Assembly (NCBI GenBank): GCA_032128875.1
Contig: JAVLKG010000005.1
Coordinates: forward strand, 32,001-96,000
Reading direction: 5' to 3'
DNA from: Candidatus Melainabacteria bacterium 17Bon1m
GTDB taxonomy: Bacteria; Cyanobacteriota; Vampirovibrionia; Obscuribacterales; Obscuribacteraceae
Length of the DNA stretch: 64,000 bases
In this document: positions 1 to 9,920 of the stretch, in pieces
Numbering within the stretch: the first letter of the stretch is position 1
How the letters are laid out: each line of letters begins with the position of its first letter
Position numbers and translations under genes: made by a program
The notes under the pieces: model-generated
The model's database searches: none
What the model was told of the DNA's origin: nothing
Seen by the model: only the letters and a program-made list of their open reading frames with translations

Positions 1-160
1 CCCAAATAACCGGCACAGTGCCGCGCAACGCCTTGATTTCGGCGGGCGTGAGACCGGTGGTTTCGTGGACTTCCTCGGGGCCGATAGCAAATACATGAGC
101 AGAGACCGGTTTTTCGGGCGTGCCCGTTTCATCGGTCTGATTGGTCTGATTAGTAGTCAT
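1..160 (-). CDS. Partial CDS (N-terminus, runs off the window), possibly a CorA-family Mg2+/Co2+ transporter
   Basis: Read by hand: GGAG RBS, ATG at 160, open frame MTTNQTNQTDETGTPEKPVSAHVFAIGPEEVHETTGLTPAEIKALRGTVPVIW. The pattern resembles the CorA N-terminus leading to the W(I/L)D strand. Only 53 codons are visible. Confidence 0.4.
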   Translation of the reverse strand, partial: MTTNQTNQTDETGTPEKPVSAHVFAIGPEEVHETTGLTPAEIKALRGTVPVIW

Positions 161-355
161 TTTCGACTCCTCGGGTTGGCTCTCTACCTGCGTAGGCAAA
201 GCGCATGCGCTTCCCTGACAGAGAGCCGCATGCGGCTCCCGTACAGGCAAAGAGCAGGCAGATGACTGCCTGATTTCGAAGAGCGAGTAGAGGGGAAGCG
301 CAGCAGACTTTTGCCGTCCGCACTTCGCTCCTCCAATTTCGCTTGTTGGCTTCCG

Positions 356-871
356 TTAGACGGCAGGAACCCACTTGAGGTCGGCGACCAGTCCCTGGGT
401 CAGGTTTTCCACCTGGGGATGCCAGCCGCCGCGAGAGAAGAGCAGTCGGCAGTCGGTGACCTCCGCGGGGAGCCGATCTTCGTCGGTAACCACGCGGAAG
501 TAATCTTGCTGCAGGGCCAGCGCCACGCGATCGAAGATCTGTGGAACCGGCTTGCCGATGCGCTTCGCCAGGCGGGCGGGGTGGTAGCGATTGCCGATGG
601 AAAGATCGGGGTCGATCGCTGCCTGCAGGTCGTTCTCCCGCAAGTAGGAGAAGGAGAGGAACAACGTTCCCGGCTCGGAGTTGTTGTCCGAGCTCAGCCC
701 TTCCACGCGGAACGTCGCGCATCGCCCGTTGAGAGAGCCGGTGGTGACTACCTTCTCCTCTTCCAGGCGGATGTTCAGTTCCTGGTCGGCCAGCCCTTCT
801 AAGATCGGTCCGATGATGGCGCGCAGCCGTGCATCTGGTCCTGAGGCTGCGGGCTTGTCGTTCGTGTTCAT
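356..871 (-). CDS. Hypothetical protein (~171 aa)
   Basis: GGAG RBS before ATG (MNTNDK) and GC-rich codon bias; no recognisable motif. Confidence 0.7.
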   Translation of the reverse strand: MNTNDKPAASGPDARLRAIIGPILEGLADQELNIRLEEEKVVTTGSLNGRCATFRVEGLSSDNNSEPGTLFLSFSYLRENDLQAAIDPDLSIGNRYHPARLAKRIGKPVPQIFDRVALALQQDYFRVVTDEDRLPAEVTDCRLLFSRGGWHPQVENLTQGLVADLKWVPAV

Positions 872-1032
872 TGGTTTTCTCCGTGCGTCCCGGGTTGGGA
901 CATGCGCGTACGGCAGCAGGCATCGCAGAGAGAAACAATCATGTCTCTCCCCGCAGTGCCGGGCCGCCGAACGCAAGGCTTCACTATGGCACTAGATGTG
1001 GTGCCAGATTTGGCTGCAATGAATGCCAATTC

Positions 1033-2094
1033 TCATGCACAAATGCGCTTGAGAGCCTCCAGATATTTCGCCGCTCCGGCCGGATGCAGTCCGATGGCGG
1101 CGTAGCGCGGTTTGTCCTTGTCGGCGCGCTTGATTTGCTTCATCTCCACCTTGCCCCAGTTGGCGATGTCTGCCTTGCTGGGCAGGCATGGGGCGGCGGT
1201 GATCTTCACCGGCACCACGTTGTAGATGGCGTTGCGCAGCTCGGTGTCGAGGCTGAACGCTGCCACCACATCGTGTATGAAGATGAGCTCGTCGGGGTTT
1301 TTCTCCTGGCGCGGACGCACGGCGGCGTCGTACCAGAGCGCGTACAGAATGCACAGCGCGCGGGTCCCGTCATTGTCGGGAAGCGCCTCTCGCAGCTTCT
1401 GCACGTTGAAGAAGCCGATGTCCTTGACGCGGGTGACTTCCGTCGGCATCAAGTAAATCGGGCAGTCCAGCCCCATGAGGACGAAGTGCGAGGACAACGG
1501 GTCGCAAGCGACGTTGAACTGCACGGCGCCGCGCGGGGTTTTGTCGCCGAAGTCCATGAGCGAAACGTTGCCCCACGTTGCAAACATCGCGTGCACTTCT
1601 TTGAAGCGGCTCACGACTTCGGGGCAGCGCTCGATCACTTGCTTGAGCCCGGTCATCGGTCCGCCGACGGCGACCATGACAGAACCTTCGGCCTGCTCGA
1701 GAATGAGCTTCACCAGGTCTTCCTGCGGCTCCAGCTCACTGTGCCGAATGGCGGACAGCGGGTCGACGTCGTGGAACTTGTAGTACTCGGCGAAGTGCAC
1801 CCAGTGCGGAACAAGCGTGCGAGGAGCGATGCCGCCGTCGTACACGCGGGTGACCGAGATGCCGAAGTGGCGCAGGAAATTCTTGGCGCGCACGGCAGAA
1901 GCTTGTTGCGCCATGTGGGAGCTCTTGTAGTCCCATTCCCAGTGCTTGTGCTCTTTGGTGGCGTTGAACTTCACCGGTCTGCCGGTCAGGCAGACGGCGA
2001 CCTCAGCGTCAGGGTTGAGTTTGCAGAGGGCCAGGAGCTGGACGAAGTTGTCCGGGTCCGGCGCGTCGATGAAAGCGAGGATGAGCGGTCTCAT
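1033..2094 (-). CDS. Nucleoside hydrolase (IU-NH-like) family protein
   Basis: AAGGAG RBS. N-terminal acidic motif DAPDPDN (variant of DxDxxxDD), GGPMTGL, FNVACDP and C-terminal IHDVVAA match the family. Confidence 0.8.
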   Translation of the reverse strand: MRPLILAFIDAPDPDNFVQLLALCKLNPDAEVAVCLTGRPVKFNATKEHKHWEWDYKSSHMAQQASAVRAKNFLRHFGISVTRVYDGGIAPRTLVPHWVHFAEYYKFHDVDPLSAIRHSELEPQEDLVKLILEQAEGSVMVAVGGPMTGLKQVIERCPEVVSRFKEVHAMFATWGNVSLMDFGDKTPRGAVQFNVACDPLSSHFVLMGLDCPIYLMPTEVTRVKDIGFFNVQKLREALPDNDGTRALCILYALWYDAAVRPRQEKNPDELIFIHDVVAAFSLDTELRNAIYNVVPVKITAAPCLPSKADIANWGKVEMKQIKRADKDKPRYAAIGLHPAGAAKYLEALKRICA

Positions 2095-2226
2095 ATTTTT
2101 CTCCTTGAGGCGGCACGAACTGAGTTGGCGCCGCCTGGTTCGAAGCGTGTGTGCTCCGTAGAGGAAAGGCAGGGCACGCGGCTGCAAACGTTGCAGTACG
2201 CCCCCTGCCGAAGTGACAGACTCTGC

Positions 2227-2673
2227 TTACTTGTAGTGCAGCGGACCGTGGTTGAGCTGCTTGCCTTCGACGGTTTCTTCGCCCTCGACGACAGCCTCCA
2301 CGTGCCGGACGATTTCCACCACTTGCTTCTTGAGCTGTTCGACCGAAGCGAAAGTGGCTTGCTCAGCCTCTTGCGCAGTGACACCACTGGTCTGCGCCAG
2401 CATCATCGTGGTGCCGATGAAACACGTAACCGTGGAACCTTCCAGCGGTTGCTCGATCATGCCCGGACCGCGAAAGCCCAGTTGTGATGCGATGGTGCTG
2501 ATCAGACCGTGCGCGATCGCCGTCTGCTGAATGACATACGCGCGCACGACGCCGGAGAGCGAGTTGTGCGGCCAGTCACGGCTGCGGGCTTTGCTCTCGG
2601 TTTCGTTGAGGCGCGAAGTCAGTCCAGCCAGCGTGCGCCGTACCGAATCGATTTTTGCGACTTGTGTTTCCAT
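2227..2673 (-). CDS. Hypothetical protein (~148 aa)
   Basis: AAGGAAA RBS before METQVAK; co-oriented between the NUDIX and nucleoside hydrolase genes. Confidence 0.7.
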   Translation of the reverse strand: METQVAKIDSVRRTLAGLTSRLNETESKARSRDWPHNSLSGVVRAYVIQQTAIAHGLISTIASQLGFRGPGMIEQPLEGSTVTCFIGTTMMLAQTSGVTAQEAEQATFASVEQLKKQVVEIVRHVEAVVEGEETVEGKQLNHGPLHYK

Positions 2674-2818
2674 GATTTTCCTTTTGGGAAATTTCTCTTT
2701 GCAGAGAAGTTTTAGGACTCGCCATGGCGAGGATACGCAGATGAGCACTGGGTGCCCGTCGCCTCACCTTAAACACTACTTGCGTGCCGCCATGGCTATC
2801 CCAGGTTTTAGACGGTGA

Positions 2819-3985
2819 TCAGGCAGCGCCGTCTTCGAGCGCCTGTTTCACCTTGGTGAGGAGCTGACCGTGGTCGAATGCCAGCGGGTTGGCCAGCACT
2901 TCGTCCAGGTCTTCGAACCGAGCGGAGCCCGGCTTGGCGTCGTCACCCGCCGAAACGTTGGCGAGCACTTCAGCCTCTCTCTCGGGCGGCACGATGTACA
3001 CGTAGCCGTGATCGACCACGTGCCCGCGCGCGTCGCGAGTGGGTTCGGAACGCACGTCAACGAGGAAGACATCGTCTTCGCTCACTTCGTACGTGAACTT
3101 CGAGAGTCCGGGCGCGAGGTCACGCCGCACGAAGCATTCCTCGGTCACCTCGCGAGCCGCGCCTTTGGGCAGGTTCTCGAGATGGACGTTGAGGAATCCA
3201 CCGGGCAGGCTGTCCATGTCCTTGTAGGGGAAGCCTCCACGCTTGATGACCAGCACCTTGCGCGACCGTGGGAGGACAACCGCAGTCGTGGTCGTGCAAT
3301 CCGCCTTGGGATATGCGTAGACCTTGAGCTGTATTGCAGTGAGCAGCGACGGAACAGCGCCCGACACCGTCATCTGGTAGTGCTCTTCGTTGAGCTCGAG
3401 CAACTTGCTGTGCATCGCCGGCGTCATGTTGACGGCGTCGACGACGACAATCGGCGAATAGCCCTTGGAGCGCAGCTGAGCGCAAACGAGCTTAAGCCGA
3501 TGAGGAGTTGCTGCGCCGGTCACGAGAACATGAGCACCGTCGTCGACCGTGACCGGGAACGAGCGGAATTTGTTGACTGCGTGAACGACTGGGATGCCGT
3601 TGGCTTTCGCCGATTCGAGCAGGGGCTCATAACCGGGTTGGGCTGCGGGTCCGTCAATGACGAGAACAGCGAATTTCTTGCCGAGAAGCCCGAACTGGAA
3701 GACGCCGAACAGTCCCAGAAGCGGGAATGCCAGCATCGCCAGTAACGAACTGGGCAGCAACATGCCGATCGCCACAGCTACCACGTAGAGAAGCAGTGTG
3801 TTGAACAGCATGTGAAACGGCTTGCGTGCAATGGCAGCCAAACCGCCGAAGTACATACATCCTGCTGCCAAGCCTGCGGTAGCGCATGCCAGGGCACCGA
3901 AGAGCGCGGTCGCGCGATCTTGGACCATGAATGCTACCAACAGGCTAAGCATCACAGGAATGAACAGTTGGAACTTACGATTCAT
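2819..3985 (-). CDS. NUDIX hydrolase with N-terminal multi-pass membrane domain
   Basis: AGGAG RBS; ~100 hydrophobic N-terminal residues; Nudix box LPGGF...E...AAREVTEE; RDARGH and LAFDH motifs as in ADP-ribose pyrophosphatase/NrtR-like NUDIX proteins. Confidence 0.85.
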   Translation of the reverse strand: MNRKFQLFIPVMLSLLVAFMVQDRATALFGALACATAGLAAGCMYFGGLAAIARKPFHMLFNTLLLYVVAVAIGMLLPSSLLAMLAFPLLGLFGVFQFGLLGKKFAVLVIDGPAAQPGYEPLLESAKANGIPVVHAVNKFRSFPVTVDDGAHVLVTGAATPHRLKLVCAQLRSKGYSPIVVVDAVNMTPAMHSKLLELNEEHYQMTVSGAVPSLLTAIQLKVYAYPKADCTTTTAVVLPRSRKVLVIKRGGFPYKDMDSLPGGFLNVHLENLPKGAAREVTEECFVRRDLAPGLSKFTYEVSEDDVFLVDVRSEPTRDARGHVVDHGYVYIVPPEREAEVLANVSAGDDAKPGSARFEDLDEVLANPLAFDHGQLLTKVKQALEDGAA

Positions 3986-5363
3986 GTGATCTCCTAACTG
4001 CCATCTGAACTTTCGCTCAGGTGGTTCAAGAAACCTCTAGTTTTCAGCGAGAGTGCTTGGCAACCCAAAATTTCGTTACTGAGATCTCAGGCACGCTTTT
4101 TGCGTGTCTAGAAAGAAATGGGGATCAGGAACGTGTCTTGGACTGTAAGTATTGGCTGTTAACTAGAAGCAGGAAAGAAGCGTTATGAGAGTAAGGAATT
4201 TAAAAATCCCGACGCCATGATCGTTCTGTTCATAATGGGAGATCTTGTTGAAAACCTCTCTAATGAAGCCCTGTAGAAGCTCTCGCAAGTTATCAAGACA
4301 CTGTAGCGTGGTTAGCGCTAGATCAAGCTATAAGTGTGATTCGCTGTGCATAGCCTTTGATCAAACTCATAAAAGAAAAAGCCGGGAGAATTTCTTCCCC
4401 CGGTTCTTTCCTGTGCGGCCAAAAAAAATTAAGCGATGCACACCTGCAAATTATTGAGGGGGAAGGCTGCGGGAGTATGCACGTGTGAGCGCAATCGGGC
4501 GTTTTCGCTGAGCGAGTCGGCAATACAAAACACCTCGCCTATAACTTCCCATTCGGCGCGGGGATCGCTCAGATTGCCGCAAATTGTGAGGTTTGTCCCT
4601 GGTTTGCCACCATCGGTGATGCTGCTTCTGATGGCTGTTTTTACGAACGTTTTGAGAAGGGATGGACTGGACTCTACCGCCGTGCGTTTTTCTCTGCGCT
4701 GGAGCAGTCCTCTTAAGATGAGCTTGCCATAAGGGTTTTGCTCGAATAGCAAAATTCTTGTTCGCGCAATCTCGCACGAAGTTCGTTTTGTCAATCTTGC
4801 GCAGATGCTGCAACGGTCTCAGGCGCGATGAAATTCGCTCAATGTTTTCAATTTCGAGCCGCCTTTTTTCAACCTCTGCAAGCCCCGCCAATTCTGAGTT
4901 TTCGGGGTCTGAATTTATTTGCACTGTTTCATGTTTGCGAAACTAAAAGCCTGTCCAGCGATTCGCTCACGGCTTTGTGGATGACTTGCGAAATGATTAA
5001 CGAAACATTAATAGCTCTGTAAACCCTTGGCGTATAAGGCTTAGCTATCACTCTTATTCAACTCTTGACCAAGGAAGTAAACGCGCAAGCATTTACTCAA
5101 GCACCAGAAACACCTTGCTATGTACCTGAAACTTCGTGTGCGCACGGGGTCGATTTTGCAGGGCTTCGTTTTGGTGCTTGCTTCCCTTTCGTCAGAGGCT
5201 TCGCGTATGCGAAGAACGAGTTATCGCCACAGATTCACTGGTCGATGTCGCGTCGTGCCAGGAACGTCATTGTTCAACTTCGGTTGCACTGATGTTTGCC
5301 ATATAGCGATCTGTTCTCTCTCTCTCTCAACCGATTCTTCGGAATTAGACAAGGACGACAGTT

Positions 5364-7253
5364 ATGCCTCAAAAGACTGTTCAACCACCTATCAACGATA
5401 AAGAGTCCTGGAAGCGGATCGGCAATTGCCTGATGTTCATCATCGGCGCCGCCTGCATTCTCTTCTGGCTCATGAATGGACCGATGCGCCCGGACCCGAC
5501 CAAGGTCCAGAAGGGTCGCACGACCGTCACGGTCGAAGCTCCAGCGGAATCGATTCCGCCCACCGGCTTCGCCGGCTGGATGCTGCACTCCGGTCTTCTC
5601 TACATTGGTGTTCCACTGCTCGGCATTGCCTTCATCAATCAGGTTCGCCGCCGTCGTCGCATCGAAGCGACCGAACGCAAGGAGCACATCGACCGCATCG
5701 AAAACACGCGCATGGCGATGTCACCCATCAATCAGCTGGGTGGACGCCGCAATGCCGCGAAGAAGCAGGACCCTGTCGAGATCGAAGTGAATGGCAAGAA
5801 GGTCAAACTTCCGCCAATGCGCTGCGACGTCGGCACGCTTATCCTGCCCGGTGACCGCCGTTTCAACAATCTGAGCTTCGACAAGGTCATCGGCCAGCAC
5901 GAAGCGAAGGCGGAAATTCAGGAATTCCTGCACTTCCTGCAGCATCCTGAAGCGTACGAATCGATGGAAGCGAAGCTTCCTCGCGGCGTGCTCATGCACG
6001 GCGCCCACGGCGTCGGCAAGACCATGCTCGCTCGTACTCTGGCGTCGCTCTGCGGATTGCCTGTCATCGAAGTTGCCGGCTCTGAGTTCGTCGAAATGTT
6101 CGTGGGCGTCGGCTCGAGCCGCGTTCGCCTGCTGTTCGACGACCTGGACGAGCTGGTGAAAGTCTTCGGTGGCGCCATTCTCTTCATCGACGAATTCGAT
6201 GCGATTGCTCGCGCTCGTGGCAGCTCGCATGGCGGCCAAGAAACCGAGACCACGCTCAACCAGCTGCTCAAGGAAATGGACGGCATCATCGCTCGTCCGC
6301 GCGTCTTCACCTTCGCGGCGACGAACCGCAAGGACATCCTCGACCCGGCTGCGATTCGTCCCGGCCGTTTCGACCGCGATATCCAGTTCTTCAACCCGAC
6401 CCGGCCGGATCGCGAAGCGCTCTTGGGCGTCTACCTGCCCGCGCACCTGCGTGCTCCCGGGCTAGACCTGAAGGTCGCCGCCAAGGCTTGCCCTGGCGCG
6501 TCTGGTGCTCATGTCGCCAACATCGCCAACGAGGCGAAAATTCTTGCCGTTCGCGCCGGACAGAAGACAGTGACGCAGGACATCCTCGACGAGGCGGTTC
6601 TGAAGGTCACGATCGGTGTTCGACGTGACGGTCAGCGTCAGATCCTCACGCCGATGGAACTCGACACGGTCAAGGTGCATGAGAGCGGTCACGCGCTCGT
6701 GTACATGAAGCTGTCCGGTCGTGCCCCGCTGCGCTTCACGATCATCCCTCGCGGTCAATCGGGCGGGCACGTTGCCTACTCGGACGACTACGAGACGCTG
6801 ATCACGAAGGAGCATTTGAAGCTCAGACTTGCCGTTCTCATGGGCGGCGCCGCGTCCACTTTCCTCATCCGCAAGGGTCAGGAAGACTCCGGCGTTTCCA
6901 TGGACATCCAGATGGCGACGGACATTGCCATCCAGATGGTCACCCAGTACGGCATGTCGGAGCTCGGGAAATTCAACCTGGCGTCGATGCAGAAGGCGAA
7001 TCTCGTTTCCGACGAGTTCCGTGCGCGCATCGCCAAGGCTGTGCAGGACCTCGTTGACGAAGGCGAGAAGACTGCTTACCGCGTCATCGAGGAAAATGCA
7101 GACGATCTCCGCCGGCTCATCGACGCTGTTGAAGAGCACGAGACGCTGCTCGAACCCGACATGAAGCGCATCTTCAATATGGACTATCCGGAACAGGCAG
7201 TGGACCCGCTCAAGGTCACGCTCGCCAAGGAAGGAGGCAGCAGCAATGCCTAA
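5364..7253 (+). CDS. ftsH: FtsH-family ATP-dependent zinc metalloprotease (divergent paralog)
   Basis: Two TM helices, Walker A GAHGVGKT, pore FVG, Walker B ILFIDE, SRH RPGRFDR, HESGH zinc motif. Confidence 0.92.
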   Translation: MPQKTVQPPINDKESWKRIGNCLMFIIGAACILFWLMNGPMRPDPTKVQKGRTTVTVEAPAESIPPTGFAGWMLHSGLLYIGVPLLGIAFINQVRRRRRIEATERKEHIDRIENTRMAMSPINQLGGRRNAAKKQDPVEIEVNGKKVKLPPMRCDVGTLILPGDRRFNNLSFDKVIGQHEAKAEIQEFLHFLQHPEAYESMEAKLPRGVLMHGAHGVGKTMLARTLASLCGLPVIEVAGSEFVEMFVGVGSSRVRLLFDDLDELVKVFGGAILFIDEFDAIARARGSSHGGQETETTLNQLLKEMDGIIARPRVFTFAATNRKDILDPAAIRPGRFDRDIQFFNPTRPDREALLGVYLPAHLRAPGLDLKVAAKACPGASGAHVANIANEAKILAVRAGQKTVTQDILDEAVLKVTIGVRRDGQRQILTPMELDTVKVHESGHALVYMKLSGRAPLRFTIIPRGQSGGHVAYSDDYETLITKEHLKLRLAVLMGGAASTFLIRKGQEDSGVSMDIQMATDIAIQMVTQYGMSELGKFNLASMQKANLVSDEFRARIAKAVQDLVDEGEKTAYRVIEENADDLRRLIDAVEEHETLLEPDMKRIFNMDYPEQAVDPLKVTLAKEGGSSNA

Positions 7254-7554
7254 AGAACCACAAGAACGCTTCCGCTTCCAGAACGGTCCGCGAGACAATG
7301 GCCCGGCAAATCCTCCGCCGTGGCCTGAACTCGTGCAGGTGGGCATGGGCATCGTGCTCATGATTTCCGCCGGCATCATCGGTGTCAACTACGAGTGGAT
7401 TGGCGGTGTCTACATGCGTGGACCCTGCGCTTTCCTCTGCATGGTCGGACTGATGATTTGCATGTGCTTCGTCGGCGATGGCTTCGACAAGGCGCAGGCG
7501 GATGGCGACAACGACCACCCGTACGGCAACGACGACAAGCACGACAACAAGTGA
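7246..7554 (+). CDS. Small membrane protein coupled to ftsH
   Basis: GGAGG RBS; start overlaps the end of ftsH; two hydrophobic helices. Confidence 0.75.
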   Translation: MPKEPQERFRFQNGPRDNGPANPPPWPELVQVGMGIVLMISAGIIGVNYEWIGGVYMRGPCAFLCMVGLMICMCFVGDGFDKAQADGDNDHPYGNDDKHDNK

Positions 7555-7584
7555 CAGTGAGGCCGTTTGATTGAACTTCGCGAC

Positions 7585-7620
7585 ACGACAGGGTGGTGGG
7601 CTTTTCCATCACCCTGTCGT
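7585..7620 (+). terminator. Intrinsic terminator-like hairpin
   Basis: ACGACAGGGTGGTGG / CCATCACCCTGTCGT 15-bp stem with one G-U pair, followed by a pyrimidine/T-rich tract. Confidence 0.65.
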
Positions 7621-8022
7621 GCTCTTTCCATCTCTTCTTTTTTTTTGAGGCACTGTTCTATTATCGGTGGTAGTATTGCTGTTTTTTTTGCGTTGGGCAG
7701 GGGGTATTTTGGTGCCTTGGAAAATGTAATATTTTTCAGATTTTTATTACATTTTCTTGGCAAAACCTTAGGCGCCTGTGCGCCTTCTGGGACTTTTGAA
7801 AATCTCGTTTTTATACGCATCATGCAAAGCGCCGCAGGGTTAGCCTCTTGGACTGCGGAAAATGTAAGATTTTTCTAGAAAAATGTTACATCGTTGTAGC
7901 TTTGAATTGAGCGGGTTGAATGGCTCAGAAATTTATCCTGGTCTTGCTTTTGGGACTTCAGCATTGCTGGCTGTTGCGCCAAAATAAGCCGCACCGTATC
8001 TAAGCTGTCTGTTTGCTTTCTG

Positions 8023-8787
8023 CTAGTTATTGTCGCTGTGGTCTTCTTTGACGAACTTGAAGCGATATTCCAACCATTGGTCCAATTCTTCGTCGAACTT
8101 GCGGATATAGTCGACATCCACAATTCCGCGCCTCAGCGCTTCCAGAACAATGCGTACGCGGCTGTTATAAACTTCCATGCCTGCTGTTTCTTTCAAGTGT
8201 GCGTCGCTGCCTTTGAGTAATTTTTGCGACACTGTGAATATTCGATTTTGAGCGCCGCGAACGCTTATGTGTTGGCGCATTGCAATTGCTTTGTCGGTCA
8301 GTCCCAAGAGCAAATCAATGAGCACTCCGTATTCGCTTTCGTTCAAGCTCTCATCAGGAATTTTGAGTGTTTGTTGAACATTGCGCACGATCGGATCGAT
8401 GTACGGATTGTCTTGCACAAGAACGGAATTGACGGCATAAAGCAGTTTTTCATCGCTCTCAGTCTTGAGGGCGTAACCATGAATTGCTTCGTCTGGAACG
8501 ATTTTTCCAAGTTCGCGTACAAAAGACTCGCGGTGAAACTGAGACCAGAAAAGTATTTTTGTGCGCGGGTCTGTCTCCCAGATACGCTGAGCTGCTTCGA
8601 TGCCGGTGAGCTCAGGCATGACGATATCCATGACCGTCATGTCCGGGCGATGCTGTTCGAATTTGGTGACGCCTTCCAGACCGTTGGTGGCTTCTATTAT
8701 TTCAACGGTATCGACTGCTTGTTTGATAATCGAAGTCACATGCTGTCTTAGTGCAAGAACATCGTCGACGATGAGGACTTTGTACAT
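8023..8787 (-). CDS. NarL/FixJ-family response regulator
   Basis: VLIVDD, MDIVMP (phosphoacceptor Asp), GYALK; C-terminal LuxR-type HTH GLTDKAIAMRQHISVRG. Confidence 0.9.
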   Translation of the reverse strand: MYKVLIVDDVLALRQHVTSIIKQAVDTVEIIEATNGLEGVTKFEQHRPDMTVMDIVMPELTGIEAAQRIWETDPRTKILFWSQFHRESFVRELGKIVPDEAIHGYALKTESDEKLLYAVNSVLVQDNPYIDPIVRNVQQTLKIPDESLNESEYGVLIDLLLGLTDKAIAMRQHISVRGAQNRIFTVSQKLLKGSDAHLKETAGMEVYNSRVRIVLEALRRGIVDVDYIRKFDEELDQWLEYRFKFVKEDHSDNN

Positions 8788-9109
8788 TCGAGACCTGCGA
8801 GTGGAGAGCGTGGCTGGATATTATCATCTTGAATAAGCGGGTTAGATTATTGATGAGGCAATGCAAGCGTATTTCATTCATTCAATTAGACAAGTCTACT
8901 TCAAGTTGGGTTTTTAAAAGAAATCGGGTTGAGGACAGGAAGTTGAAAACCGGAGAGGAGAAAAGCATTGCGCTTCTCTCCTCTTCAAGTCGAATCACAT
9001 TTTGAAGTGCCTCTCAGAGCCTGCGCTCCGTAAGTCCTTCAGAAGGCGACCATTGTTACGTGCGGCAGCGTTGCTTTAGCAGCTTAATTCGGCTGGTTAG
9101 GCTGGTCAG

Positions 9110-9514
9110 TCAGTACGCTTCGCCGAGCAACGGGGGGTGCTCGATGAGTTCGATGGGCGTGATCTCGACGGCGCAGTCCACCGAATCCTCGTCGATGCTG
9201 ATGGGCACCATCAGAGGAGTGACGCAGTCGCCGGGACGATAGTCCTTGAATGCGTCAGCCATGACGTAGGGATCGCGTTTTACCTGGACGTGCGTCATCA
9301 CACCATAGGATTCGACAGGTGGGATGTTGTCGAAATTGGCGGTGACGCGACCGCTGCAATCGCTCATGAAGACATCATAGGTGTCGAGCTTTGTGAAGGG
9401 GGCGGCGCCGGGTGACGTGTCGAACAGCACCACGCGAACGCATGCGGGCTGGGTTTCGAAGGTTTTCGGCAAGAGGACGGAGACTTCGAAAGATTTGGTA
9501 CGCTGGGCTTGCAT
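9110..9514 (-). CDS. Hypothetical beta-rich protein
   Basis: GGAG RBS before MQAQRTK; coding-like codon bias. Confidence 0.65.
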   Translation of the reverse strand: MQAQRTKSFEVSVLLPKTFETQPACVRVVLFDTSPGAAPFTKLDTYDVFMSDCSGRVTANFDNIPPVESYGVMTHVQVKRDPYVMADAFKDYRPGDCVTPLMVPISIDEDSVDCAVEITPIELIEHPPLLGEAY

Positions 9515-9920
9515 TGTTAACTCCGTGATTCGAGTGCAAGGGGCGCGGCGCGAATGCGCTGCGCTTAGAGAAATGCCTCGCCGATTCAAGCCAGAAATCG
9601 TATTTGCATGTAGAAGCGTGTGAGCGTGCGCTCACGGAAAATATGCTTCAAATCGAAATGCAAGGGTTACTTAAAGGGCTTCGATTCTGGATGGAAAAGG
9701 AAAAGGACACTTTATTCGTAGCAGTGTGGCGCGCCAAACGCATTTCAAATTTTGTTGCGCGTTGCAGCGTAGATTTGTTTACATGCACAAACGCCCACGT
9801 GCCGGACTTCTGCAAACATGTGAGGAAATACATCTGACGCTAGCGATTAGCAAAGGCGCGATAGCTTTGACGGCGCTCACGCTACGGGCCGCGCCGCTCA
9901 CCCTTTCGACCACGCCCCTG

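Noticed and set aside
829-2487. Long antisense ORFs (also 2870-3745, 32349-33587, 41908-43236, 53588-54778, 58140-59408)
   Set aside because: Shadows of GC3-rich genes on the opposite strand, which carry the recognisable motifs and RBSs.
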